Shown one piece after another: positions 18,690 to 28,713 of a stretch of DNA of 64,000 nt (the stretch's first letter is position 1; each line of letters starts with the position of its first letter). The notes under the pieces were generated by a model. It ran no database searches, was not told the DNA's origin, and was given only the letters and a program-made list of their open reading frames with translations. The stretch covers positions 1,130-65,129 of the forward strand of contig CAAFZY010000035.1 of NCBI GenBank assembly GCA_900767645.1. Direction: 5' to 3'. The translations under genes and the position numbers were made by a program. Source of the stretch: Alphaproteobacteria bacterium (GTDB taxonomy: Bacteria; Pseudomonadota; Alphaproteobacteria; RF32; CAG-239).

Positions 18690-19526
18690 TTAGTGACAAG
18701 GAAAAATTTCTTGTGTTGCTTGAACAATTAGCGGCCCCACCTGTTCTTCAGTTGAATTTTGCGAAATATTATTTATTTCTCTTTCAAGATATTCATTTAT
18801 TTTTCCTATATCATTCATAAGTTTAGCCGTATCTTTCAAATGCTTCCAATGGTCAACATTGCAAACTTTTCCCTCTTCATACAATGAAACTATAACATGA
18901 TGAATGACTCCTATGTAGTTTCGATAATATTCCAATTCTTTATCAGACGGGTTAAATGGCCAAGACAAAATTACCTTTCCCCAACTACTACCTTTTGCAT
19001 GAGTTTTAGCATCTAATATAGAATCATGGCGATCTATTTTCTTGCAAATTGATATTGCATTATTCAAGCCATTTACAGATAATATGGGATACGTAGTATC
19101 GTAGTTGTTATAGAATTTATATCCGATAATTGCCAAAATAAAAACTAAAGAATAAATAAGAGCTTGAAAGCGCTCAAATTTAAGCCTTAAAATTGATTTT
19201 CTACAATCCTTATCCAACTTATTAATTAGTAAAGGTTTTAAGTAATCAGCACACACTGTTGCTTCAATTTCATTAAGAGCATCGCAGAAGTTGTTTATAA
19301 TATTAATCATCTCTTCTTTAGAAGTTTTGTCCTTAAGCCCTTTATATATAAAATCATTTACAAAATCTGTAACCCTCTCTTTGCTTTTTGAAATAACCTC
19401 ATTTAGCTTTTCTTTATCAAGCGTTTTATCCTTCAATAGTTCTTTTTCAGATAAAATTATATTCACTCTTTCTATTATCTCTTTTAATTCTTCATCCATG
19501 TTCTTTTCCTTACACTTATTAATCAA
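18690..19526 (-). CDS. Hypothetical protein with one central TM helix (278 aa)
   Basis: ORF. Hydrophobic segment LIYSLVFILAIIGYKFY. 12-bp gap to the upstream gene on the same strand. Confidence 0.5.
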   Translation of the reverse strand: MINKCKEKNMDEELKEIIERVNIILSEKELLKDKTLDKEKLNEVISKSKERVTDFVNDFIYKGLKDKTSKEEMINIINNFCDALNEIEATVCADYLKPLLINKLDKDCRKSILRLKFERFQALIYSLVFILAIIGYKFYNNYDTTYPILSVNGLNNAISICKKIDRHDSILDAKTHAKGSSWGKVILSWPFNPSDKELEYYRNYIGVIHHVIVSLYEEGKVCNVDHWKHLKDTAKLMNDIGKINEYLEREINNISQNSTEEQVGPLIVQATQEIFPCH

Positions 19527-19538
19527 TCTATTTCTTAA

Positions 19539-20846
19539 TTATAGTGCATTTGCTTTTAAAAAATACTTATTTTCACCTTCTTTAACCATTTCAATACCTG
19601 CTTCATCCAAAAATTCACAAATATCCTTAAAGGTAAGTATGTTATCCCATTTATTATCCCATTTTACATCTTCAACAGGAATTCCTTGTTCTTCTGCCAC
19701 TTGTGATATTATAAGAAGTTTTCCAATGCTTTCTAATTCAGAATATATAGTAGTCAGTATATATATTTTACTATTTGCGTTGCTAGATATTATATTTTCA
19801 ACATCTTCTATAGTATAATTATGCTTTGATAAATTATTCTTTAATTGTTTTATTTCACTTGAAAAATATTGTGTAAAATCATTGGGATATTTATTCATCA
19901 TATATCCTTCTTTTTGACATACTTCTTTGTAACCTTTTGTATGTCTATATATAAAACCAACTGATGCCCCTATTTTTTCTTGTTGCTCCTCTGTATATTC
20001 TTCAAGAAACGAATATGTTGTTTTATTATTTTCAGCATTAGGCAAAATACCAATTAATACAAAACCAATTATTACAATTGCAATTTCTCTTAAATTAATT
20101 GTAAATTTAACTGTTTCATTATTATGAGATATATTGTACTCATTGATTTTTTTCTGTACAATTACTAAAAACCATACTGATACAGCAAATAAAACGAGCG
20201 ATAACAGAAGTAAAATAACCAAATAAGTAGTATTGTCTATTTTATCCATAGATATAAAAATAAAATTTGAACCGATTTGGGATATTAAATATCCTATACC
20301 AAGATATTGTAGTTTGATATTAGAATTTATTGATTTGTTAATCTTGGAAAATAAAGATGGAGCGGTTAAATGTATCAACCATCCTCTAACAAAAGGAGAG
20401 ACATCATCTTTTGTTGTTACTTGATATTTTTCCCAATGCTTATATCCCCAATAAAGAGCATAAAATCCAAGTGATAATACTATGCAAAGAATAAATTTTG
20501 TTATTGATATAGAATCATATGATACAACTTTATTTAAATCTGCATTCTTGTGATTTTCAATATAATTATGTAAATATTTCTTATAATGAGTATTCGCCAC
20601 AAAACCTGCAATTAGGTGTGAAATTAACAAAGAAATCAGATATGCATTATCAGTTCCCAACAATGGCGTGAATACATAAGTTAATATTAGTGATGCATAA
20701 AGGAAAATAAAAAAATGTACGTACAATCTTTTATAAAAGAAATATAGAGATGAAAATAAAAATGCCCAAATATTAAAAATTGAATTATATTTTTTACTAT
20801 CTTTTAATTCTTCTTGATATTTTTTCACATAACCAAGTGTATCCAT
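19539..20846 (-). CDS. Multi-pass membrane protein with ~180-aa C-terminal soluble domain (435 aa)
   Basis: 6-7 predicted hydrophobic helices in the first ~270 aa, then a hydrophilic C-terminal domain. Confidence 0.55.
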   Translation of the reverse strand: MDTLGYVKKYQEELKDSKKYNSIFNIWAFLFSSLYFFYKRLYVHFFIFLYASLILTYVFTPLLGTDNAYLISLLISHLIAGFVANTHYKKYLHNYIENHKNADLNKVVSYDSISITKFILCIVLSLGFYALYWGYKHWEKYQVTTKDDVSPFVRGWLIHLTAPSLFSKINKSINSNIKLQYLGIGYLISQIGSNFIFISMDKIDNTTYLVILLLLSLVLFAVSVWFLVIVQKKINEYNISHNNETVKFTINLREIAIVIIGFVLIGILPNAENNKTTYSFLEEYTEEQQEKIGASVGFIYRHTKGYKEVCQKEGYMMNKYPNDFTQYFSSEIKQLKNNLSKHNYTIEDVENIISSNANSKIYILTTIYSELESIGKLLIISQVAEEQGIPVEDVKWDNKWDNILTFKDICEFLDEAGIEMVKEGENKYFLKANAL

Positions 20847-21062
20847 AGTAAATTCTCCGTGTTTATTATATATCTACAATAAAGATTATAATAAAACATT
20901 TTAATTTAATATCAACTAAAAATTTCAAATCAGAAAACCAAAGCCAATTCAATCACTTTAACGCCTTTTCCTTTGGCGGCTTTACAGAACTCATAGGCTT
21001 TGCCATCGGCAGTTGTTTTGCAGCCTTTGCGACGGATAATACAAAAAAAACATCAAATTTGA

Positions 21063-21542
21063 TTATATAATAAAATCACACGTACTGAAAAGACATTGGT
21101 TATAGTTTGAGCCATCTTCATTTACGCATTCTGCCATACATGCATCTTCGCGCCTACGCAAATCAGAAAAATATAACGTGGCAATGGCAATTAATATCCA
21201 TGCCGCAACATTAATTGCTATACGATTATTACAGGTTTTATTTTTAACGCTGTCAAAGCACTGAAAAGCCACAACAAATGGCATAATCAGCAAATAAAGT
21301 TTTGAGCCGTATGCTAAAATTGCACTGATTACCCATAAAATGTATTTTATTATATATTCGCACACCCATTCCAAAAGCTCTGATTTGTTAAATACCACGA
21401 CGCATATAAACAATAAAACAAATACCACAACCAAGGCAATCAATGCATCAAAAACCACATGATTTAAGACCTTACTGATAAAATTACATTTATCAATTTT
21501 ATGAGGGTATTTAATTTGAATGTAATCATATATCTTTAGCAT
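21063..21542 (-). CDS. Small multi-TM membrane protein with Cys-rich C-terminus (159 aa)
   Basis: 3-4 hydrophobic helices. C-terminal ACMAECVNEDGSNYNQCLFSTCDFII. Start overlaps the stop of the upstream nucleotidyltransferase gene (21536-21542). Confidence 0.5.
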   Translation of the reverse strand: MLKIYDYIQIKYPHKIDKCNFISKVLNHVVFDALIALVVVFVLLFICVVVFNKSELLEWVCEYIIKYILWVISAILAYGSKLYLLIMPFVVAFQCFDSVKNKTCNNRIAINVAAWILIAIATLYFSDLRRREDACMAECVNEDGSNYNQCLFSTCDFII

Positions 21543-22336
21543 TTTTCATATCCCTTAACACCTAAACAGCTTTGCAAATACGCATCAAACGGCGCCATAT
21601 CCCTTTTGCGCTTATTAAATTCCGGATACGGTTTAGCGAGTTCCTGTTTGAAAAATTCATCAAAAAGCGGAATATGCAAAACTTTTTCTTTTTCAGCCCC
21701 CGCGGATTTAATGGCAATAACTTCATTGAGCTTGGTAATCACATCTTGCGGCAACAAAACGGACAAATCCGCAACCGTCTCAACCATTTTCAGCGGCGGA
21801 ATTTTATCAAACTCGCACACATATTTGGCATTAAGCAGTCCGCGCATGGAGTACAGATATTTTTTATAAGTAATTTCTTTTCCTTCTTTGATGTTAAGAT
21901 TATAATTATTTTTAAACAGCGAAAAATAATGATAAAAAAGCTTTTCTTGGCTAAAGTTTTTATTTACATAAGCTTTAAGCTCAATATCCGTACTGCCTAA
22001 ATAAACTATCGGCGAATTAAGCCACTCAATCGCCGTAGGGTTTGAAGTTGACAACAATTTAAGATATTTAAAAATATCAAACCCGCACATATCAAGCAAT
22101 GAGCCTTTAACCTCATGCGGCTGAAAATTTTCATCATAAGCAAGGGTGATAACTTCTTCAGGCTTATCAAGTTTTATATACTCAGCAAGCGGGCGGCAAA
22201 AAACAAAGCGCACATCATAATCGCTGTCTTTGCTGCTCATGCCCCACGCGCGGCTGCCGTTTTCAATCGCAAACAAAACAGTAACATTCTGTTCTTTCTC
22301 AACATTTTTCAACAGCTCAACAATCTTTTCCCGCAT
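21536..22336 (-). CDS. Pol-beta-superfamily nucleotidyltransferase (minimal, 266 aa)
   Basis: GS-x9-DhDh motif: ENGSRAWGMSSKDSDYDVRFVF. Helical C-terminal region. Translationally coupled to the downstream membrane protein. Confidence 0.6.
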   Translation of the reverse strand: MREKIVELLKNVEKEQNVTVLFAIENGSRAWGMSSKDSDYDVRFVFCRPLAEYIKLDKPEEVITLAYDENFQPHEVKGSLLDMCGFDIFKYLKLLSTSNPTAIEWLNSPIVYLGSTDIELKAYVNKNFSQEKLFYHYFSLFKNNYNLNIKEGKEITYKKYLYSMRGLLNAKYVCEFDKIPPLKMVETVADLSVLLPQDVITKLNEVIAIKSAGAEKEKVLHIPLFDEFFKQELAKPYPEFNKRKRDMAPFDAYLQSCLGVKGYEKC

Positions 22337-22515
22337 ATCTTCCTCTTATGTTTTAGTGTTAAGCAAATCTATCCAATACGGCATAACGTATCAAATACTA
22401 CTTGCTTTGCGCCTATATGGTTTATATGTAAAATTTAATTTATCATACCTAAAGCATAGCAAAATACAAGCAATAATTTAACTTATATACTTTTATTCAT
22501 TAAATGAAACAAAAG

Positions 22516-23112
22516 TTAATACCCGCGGTCGGGAGGAAGTTCAACACCTTCATAAAGGTGTTTTTCGGGGCTGTATGTAATGTGCACATAATCGCAATTA
22601 TCCATACGTTGCACTTTATAATTAAACAGATTTTCAATCAGAGCCGTAACGGCGTGTCCGTGCGAGGCAATCCCGATAACCCGATTTGAGCAATTTTCTG
22701 CAATATCTTCAAGTGCTGCCTTTAAGCGCATACTAACCTGCAACAGGCTCTCGCCTTGCGGAAACGGAATGGAAATATCTTCATACGAGCGACGGTAATC
22801 GGGGCATAACTCTTCCCGCTCAAGAGCATAAAGTCCGTTCAAAATACCATAATCAACCTCACGCAGGCGGGAGTCAAACTTAACCGGAACTTTTAATATT
22901 TGCGCCACAATTTCAGCGGTTTGTTTGGCGCGTAACAAATCAGAGCTTACTATCAGCTTAATTTTTTTATCGGCAAGCTTTTGAGCCAACACTCGCGCCT
23001 GCTCTTGTCCGTTTATGGTTAAAGGCACCGGATATTCGCTCTGCCCTTGCGGGCGACCTTCCGCGTTCCAAATAGTCTGTCCGTGACGAAATATGTAAAA
23101 ATGCTTTTTCAT
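22516..23112 (-). CDS. Histidine phosphatase family protein (phosphoglycerate mutase-like)
   Basis: N-terminal RHGQT.WN catalytic motif (FRHGQTIWN). Second His in SHGHAV. 198 aa. Confidence 0.7.
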   Translation of the reverse strand: MKKHFYIFRHGQTIWNAEGRPQGQSEYPVPLTINGQEQARVLAQKLADKKIKLIVSSDLLRAKQTAEIVAQILKVPVKFDSRLREVDYGILNGLYALEREELCPDYRRSYEDISIPFPQGESLLQVSMRLKAALEDIAENCSNRVIGIASHGHAVTALIENLFNYKVQRMDNCDYVHITYSPEKHLYEGVELPPDRGY

Positions 23113-23190
23113 GCCCTAACCCTTCGCATAAAAAACATTTACAAATAATCGCTTAAAATTTAATTAAAAACATCTGACTATTTATTAAAA

Positions 23191-24138
23191 CTAATAGTCA
23201 TGAAATGCCTGAATATGGAAATATTGCAAAGGTTTAGAAACCGGCTTATAGCGCTGCTCCTGCTCTATCAACCCAATTTCAGTTAAAAACATACCGCGGT
23301 ATTTTTCGGGGATATTCAGCTTGCGTAATTGCAACTCCCAAAAATGTTGCATATCAGACATATTGCCTTTAAGATAACCGTTAACATCGTTAAGGTTATT
23401 GCGCTTGGCAGAGGCAATACTTTTGGCAACAATTTCCGTACGCATTTTGATAAGCTCTTTATCTTTGCTGTGCTCTTGCGCGTAACAATAGGCTCCGGGC
23501 AAAAGCCCGCGGGTTAAATAGAGCGGAATATTAAAGCCTTTGGTTTGGGTCGGCGAAATTCCGGGTCGTTGTGCAAACGGTTGCACATCAATAATATATG
23601 CCTGCCTATCGCGACTTGAATACAGCAAATTTCCGGTATTGGTAAACAAGCCCAAAGAGCAAATATCAACCGAATGACGACGCGATGAAAGATAATGTAA
23701 ATCATCATACAAAATATCAAAAGACTCATCGGGCATATCCGCAATTTTTTCTGACCACGTGCGGGTTTTAATTAAAGCCTCTTCATTATCCAAAAACGGC
23801 AACCCAGGTTTATTAATTTCTATTGAAAAGCCGGGAGAATAGCGGTTAATAATCAAAATCGTATCGCCGCCACGTATATCCGGATGGTTCCAATAGGCAA
23901 TCGGTTGTGCAAAATTACGTCCGGCAAAAATATCTTCTTGCGGCTTAAACGGATAACGCTTTAAATAATCAACCAAAACCGAAACCGCCGGTGCATCTTG
24001 ACTGACCTGCACCGTAAAATCCGGATTAGTATCAATTTTATAAACTTTTACTTCTTCGCCCTCACCCAAACAGCGGTCGCATATAGCGGTGATTACCTCG
24101 CTGACAAGCGGCAAATTATAGTGATATGTATCTTCCAT
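23191..24138 (-). CDS. Hypothetical protein (315 aa), possible effector
   Basis: ORF only. No confident motif. Confidence 0.45.
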   Translation of the reverse strand: MEDTYHYNLPLVSEVITAICDRCLGEGEEVKVYKIDTNPDFTVQVSQDAPAVSVLVDYLKRYPFKPQEDIFAGRNFAQPIAYWNHPDIRGGDTILIINRYSPGFSIEINKPGLPFLDNEEALIKTRTWSEKIADMPDESFDILYDDLHYLSSRRHSVDICSLGLFTNTGNLLYSSRDRQAYIIDVQPFAQRPGISPTQTKGFNIPLYLTRGLLPGAYCYAQEHSKDKELIKMRTEIVAKSIASAKRNNLNDVNGYLKGNMSDMQHFWELQLRKLNIPEKYRGMFLTEIGLIEQEQRYKPVSKPLQYFHIQAFHDY

Positions 24139-24287
24139 AAATCCTCCAATTTGCCAAAAGAATATATTTTTTGAAAACTTTTGTCAAGCTGTTATTGTGA
24201 ATATTGGTATGACGCATATATAATGCTTGCAATTTTTGACAAAAGAGAGTATAAGTGGCTTTATACAAGTTTTATTTTTAAATTATC

Positions 24288-24914
24288 ATGAAACGGATTA
24301 AAAAAATTATCGTTAACGTTACCAGCGTTAATCTTGCTGCGATTGATGCTGACGCCATTGTGGTACCGGAGTTTCAGCATTGCGCGCTTCATAGCGGAAT
24401 TGGCAGAACTATCGCCAAAACCTACCCTGAGGGTATGCAGAAATATGACTATTACGCCAAAGCGGCAGGAAGTTCGCTCGGGAGCGTGGTGGTTACTGAA
24501 ACCGGCTCAGCAACTTGCAAACACCTGCTTCATGCGGTTATTCTTGGCTGTTGCCGCGAAGATTTATTCGCCTGTGTTAAAATCGCAGTGGAAAAAGCCT
24601 TGGTTTTAGCTGATGAAAACGGCGCCTTACTCGTGGCTATTCCTACGCTCGGCACCGGAGTAGCCGGATATTTATCGGTTGAACAATCCGCCAAAGCCGT
24701 GTTTGCCGCCGTTGCAGAATTTGCTCCGTTTGCCAAGAACATCCGCAGAATTGACTTTGCGGTTTCAGTCGGCTCGGTTAAAGTTGTGGAAGATATTCTG
24801 CAACAAGAAAGTTACCTTGACTGCGAGACGGAAATTGACGGCAAAAAATTCGGCGAATGGATTTACACGCTGTGCAATCAGCTCAACAGCGGTGTGCCGG
24901 AGGTTAGTTGTTAA
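24288..24914 (+). CDS. Macro-domain-like protein (ADP-ribose binding/processing)
   Basis: DADAIVVPE...GIGRTIAK and LLVAIPTLGTGVAGY resemble the macro-domain DAIVNAAN and SIAFPAISTGVYGYP segments. Confidence 0.45.
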   Translation: MKRIKKIIVNVTSVNLAAIDADAIVVPEFQHCALHSGIGRTIAKTYPEGMQKYDYYAKAAGSSLGSVVVTETGSATCKHLLHAVILGCCREDLFACVKIAVEKALVLADENGALLVAIPTLGTGVAGYLSVEQSAKAVFAAVAEFAPFAKNIRRIDFAVSVGSVKVVEDILQQESYLDCETEIDGKKFGEWIYTLCNQLNSGVPEVSC

Positions 24915-24958
24915 GTGTTTATGGCATGAAAAAGCTCCCTTAATCGGGAGCTTTTGCT

Positions 24959-27900
24959 TTATTCGCGGCCTTTGTTTTTGATTGCGGCCTGCACATATAT
25001 ATCCGTCTTTTGGATTTGCGGGGCTTCCTTAGTACGCAAAAATTGAGTTTCCGCCTTGGTCAACAGCGTGTTAATACCCATGCGGAGCTTGTGGAAGAAC
25101 CTACCCTTTTCTTTTTTAGACATATCTTTAACCGCCTCCGGCGCCTGCTTTACCGCAACTTGCGGCTGTACCTGAGGCTGAATGGTCTGAGCATCTGATT
25201 GAACGATATGACGTTTTACCATATCACGCCCGCTGAGGCTAGCCAAACGCTCTTTATCCTGTTGCACAATATCCACTTTAGGCTTTGCCTGTTTACTTGA
25301 ATTTTTAGTCGTTTTACTCGGCATAACTTTAGCAACTAACTTTTTAACCGGCGCCAAAATTCTCTCTTTGCGCAACTCTGATATTTCCTTTGTTGAAAGC
25401 CCCTTGGCTTTAAGACGTTTAAGAGGAACTTTTTTGCCATTTTCATCTTTAGCATCCACAATTTTAACATGGGGCGGAATATTAAATTTTCCAACGCCCC
25501 GAGAATCAATACAAGACGTTGTAATTTCTTTAACACATTGCGGCAACCGCACATTACCAGAATTATATGAAGTCAGCTTTTGAGGCAGCTTTAATTCAGC
25601 GCATTGTACTGACGGGTCTATGTTACCTTGTTCGCAACGCGACAAGTCTAATTTATAATCTGGCGCAAATTTAACATTCTCGCCAATATAAACTCTTCCC
25701 TGTTGCGGCGGAATAACCGTAGCGCCGGATAAATCAACATTTTGCAATCTAACGCTTTCATATTTTGATAAGTCAACCGCACCATTAACAACAACATTAG
25801 TCAAGTTCAAAGATTTCAATGACTGTGGAATTTGCTGTAAATTAGACATGTCAAACGATTGACTATTACAAACGCGTAAACTTTCTAAATTTTGCGGTAA
25901 AACAATAGAATGAGTACATCTTTCTATACCAAGTCCTTTGGTTGGATGCTTGGATAAATCTAAATTAATTCCATCTAAGGCAATAACACTATCTTCTAAA
26001 TTTTTTGTTTGTTCAATAATTTTAAGGTCTTCTATGGTTCTTGCAACATCACCTTGGTATATATTTCCTTTAAATTCAACAGCGCAAATATCTTTCGGGA
26101 AAGATGTGATATTCATCTGCGAATTACCTTGTGATCTGAAATCAAAATTATTATTAATAACCAAATGCCCATCAGGAGCTTTTGATGTGTTTTGAGCGAC
26201 CCACTCCTGCCCTTTGGTTTTGAGCAAAAAAGATTCCATAGTTATATTTTTCAAATCGCCTTCAAAATTCAAACCGCTAATTCCGCTTTTGGTAATCGGG
26301 AAATTATCTAACGAGGTTACTTTTTCTGTTGGATTTAAGATAATGGATTTAACCGTCATATTTTTCATTTCTGACGGCAACTTCACAATATTTGTATTAT
26401 ATAAATCCAATTCTATATTATCATGCAGTTCAGTGTGTTTAACGCCTTGGGCTAATAAGGCTATCGGGTCACCTATATCAGTACCAAGATTTCCTTTAAT
26501 TTTATATATAAAATCGGCGGCAGACATGTTTTCAATAGAGCTTTGATCTTTGATTGTAAGGCTATTCAAAGCTCTTATACCTTTTAATGTTTCAGGAACT
26601 TTATCTATCGTATCATACGGAATGTTTATACCTGGCGGCAATTCTACAAATTTAATTTTATCCCACCCGACAGGCATCCCATCGCACTGCATTGAAGATT
26701 GCAATGAATTGGTGTTAATGTACCCATTATACTCTTGTTTTGCTTCTGCGCCAATTATCTGTAAAAACCTTTCGGCTGAAACCGCAGAAACATTTTTAAC
26801 ATTTATATTGTCTAAAAGAATACCTTGAGTCGTTGTCGGTAACTTAGCCGCATCTATTTCCGGTATATTGCTATCTTTTATATGAAAAAAACCGACAACA
26901 TTTACAGAAGATAAATCAGGTATTCTGTTTAGAAGCAATCTATGTATATATAACAAATCTTCACTAGCCTGCAAACCGTTTTCTGTTTCTTTAATATCGC
27001 CATCATGCATAAAATTACGCAAAAACTCTTTGGCACTCATATTGTTAAGATACTCTTGATTATCGGCTTCTAATCCTTGTTTAAGTTCAAATGTATAGGC
27101 ATGATTGGGATTTAATTCTTGTTCTTTTTTTTGCATATTTTGACGATCTTTTACATACCCCAAAACCTTATCATCGGTCGGTTCATGCAAAGCCATAAAA
27201 TCACGCCATTCCGAGTCTGCAATTTTACCGTTTTCGTCAAGCGGAATAGAATATATTTTTGCTTCATCCATATGTGGAGCTGGATACCCCACATAAACAT
27301 ATATAGCTTCTAATTTATTATGGTGAGGTAAAATTGGTGTTTCGTATAGTTGTGCATTTATAGCTGCTTCAGGTAAATCAAGATCAAATACATCAATTTC
27401 TTTTTTTGCAAATGACTTTGATCCTAATTCAATTCCAAGGTTTTGGTAGAATTTTTGCTCATCACCCATACTTGCAAACTTATAGATAAAGCCATATTCA
27501 AGTCCGCTTTTAGTTTTTTCATGAACAGCGCCGCCCCTGGTGGAACTATTGTTTCCTTTTCCGCTGTATTCGGCGGAAACTGTTATATTTGGTGATGAAT
27601 GCGCAACCTTTCTGGAATTCCATTGAGAGACAGTTGCATAAGGGCTAGCCCCCAATGTGCCTCCGCGAAACAAATCCGACATTCCGTTTCCATATATATT
27701 ACTAATATACATGGCATGAAAATTAACATCCTCAGCATCGGCATAAGCCTCATTTATTTTTCGGTCAATAAAACTTTTATAATCACCGCCGTTACGTTGT
27801 TCAATTTCTTGAAACCGAAGAGGATCGGGATGTTGATCTTTGAGATCTATACCATGTTCTCGTGAATTCTTAACTTCATGATTAGCGGCATAAAGCAAAT

Positions 27901-28288
27901 TCTCCTGCATCTGTGGATTAGCGTGTCCAACTATTAAGAAACCATCATTTAATAGAACGTCTTCTATAAATGTTACCGCTTTTAATGAATCTTCCGGCTT
28001 CATGAATGGGCATAAAACGCCTGATGGCTCTACAACAAATTTATCAGTACGTGCAGCCTGAGGATCAATAAAAGAAACCGCATCAACACCATGTTTTCGT
28101 AAAAGATCCACCATTTTATCAATTGGTTCATTAATATTACCATTAAATGGTTTATTTGCTTGGACACCTATCGCGGCAGCCACCGGCTTGTCCAAACCTT
28201 CAAAATAGTTTGAAAGAGTATGTCTGATTGCATCTTGGTTTTCGGTTTGGGCAATTACCGCGTCTATGTCTTCTTTCGTCAGCGCCAT
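24959..28288 (-). CDS. Large leucine-rich-repeat protein (1109 aa), eukaryotic-like effector candidate
   Basis: Central LxxLxLxxN-type repeats (LKSLNLTNVVVNGAVDLSKYESVRLQNVDLSG..., LESLRVCNSQSFDMSNLQQIP...). Basic low-complexity C-terminus. Confidence 0.6.
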   Translation of the reverse strand: MALTKEDIDAVIAQTENQDAIRHTLSNYFEGLDKPVAAAIGVQANKPFNGNINEPIDKMVDLLRKHGVDAVSFIDPQAARTDKFVVEPSGVLCPFMKPEDSLKAVTFIEDVLLNDGFLIVGHANPQMQENLLYAANHEVKNSREHGIDLKDQHPDPLRFQEIEQRNGGDYKSFIDRKINEAYADAEDVNFHAMYISNIYGNGMSDLFRGGTLGASPYATVSQWNSRKVAHSSPNITVSAEYSGKGNNSSTRGGAVHEKTKSGLEYGFIYKFASMGDEQKFYQNLGIELGSKSFAKKEIDVFDLDLPEAAINAQLYETPILPHHNKLEAIYVYVGYPAPHMDEAKIYSIPLDENGKIADSEWRDFMALHEPTDDKVLGYVKDRQNMQKKEQELNPNHAYTFELKQGLEADNQEYLNNMSAKEFLRNFMHDGDIKETENGLQASEDLLYIHRLLLNRIPDLSSVNVVGFFHIKDSNIPEIDAAKLPTTTQGILLDNINVKNVSAVSAERFLQIIGAEAKQEYNGYINTNSLQSSMQCDGMPVGWDKIKFVELPPGINIPYDTIDKVPETLKGIRALNSLTIKDQSSIENMSAADFIYKIKGNLGTDIGDPIALLAQGVKHTELHDNIELDLYNTNIVKLPSEMKNMTVKSIILNPTEKVTSLDNFPITKSGISGLNFEGDLKNITMESFLLKTKGQEWVAQNTSKAPDGHLVINNNFDFRSQGNSQMNITSFPKDICAVEFKGNIYQGDVARTIEDLKIIEQTKNLEDSVIALDGINLDLSKHPTKGLGIERCTHSIVLPQNLESLRVCNSQSFDMSNLQQIPQSLKSLNLTNVVVNGAVDLSKYESVRLQNVDLSGATVIPPQQGRVYIGENVKFAPDYKLDLSRCEQGNIDPSVQCAELKLPQKLTSYNSGNVRLPQCVKEITTSCIDSRGVGKFNIPPHVKIVDAKDENGKKVPLKRLKAKGLSTKEISELRKERILAPVKKLVAKVMPSKTTKNSSKQAKPKVDIVQQDKERLASLSGRDMVKRHIVQSDAQTIQPQVQPQVAVKQAPEAVKDMSKKEKGRFFHKLRMGINTLLTKAETQFLRTKEAPQIQKTDIYVQAAIKNKGRE

Positions 28289-28333
28289 TGGTGTTATCCT
28301 TAAAACATGTTATAGAAATTGCAAGTGTAAAAA

Positions 28334-28633
28334 CTAATACTCACGCGAACTTGGCTTGAGTGGTATTTTACTAAATTGCGGCGTCATTTTGGCGTTAAAA
28401 ATCGCCACAAATTCCTCCGTGAGTTCTGCACGGCGTTTTTCTACCGCTTCCGCACTTTGCAATTCGGCATAAGTATTTTTCAAAAATGTTGTCATTCCGC
28501 TGTATGCAACCCTAAGAGAGCCGTCCTCATTAGTCGCGTCATAACCGATTTGCAGTCCGCTTTTGTGGGTGGCGGATTTTTCTTTAACATTAACTTGCCA
28601 GTCATCAATAAAATCTTTTAATTCTTTGCTCAT
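28334..28633 (-). CDS. Hypothetical protein (~99 aa)
   Basis: Start at MSKELKDF with AAGGAG RBS. Confidence 0.45.
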   Translation of the reverse strand: MSKELKDFIDDWQVNVKEKSATHKSGLQIGYDATNEDGSLRVAYSGMTTFLKNTYAELQSAEAVEKRRAELTEEFVAIFNAKMTPQFSKIPLKPSSREY

Positions 28634-28713
28634 TCTCAGCTCCTTTAACGCCAATTCGTTTACAATATCAGTATTTTACCATAAAATACCTTAACTTGCA
28701 AATGATTAAGATG

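Noticed and set aside
22337-22515. Possible small ORF or regulatory element between the nucleotidyltransferase operon and the phosphatase gene
   Set aside because: AT-rich spacer without convincing RBS/start or symmetric motif.
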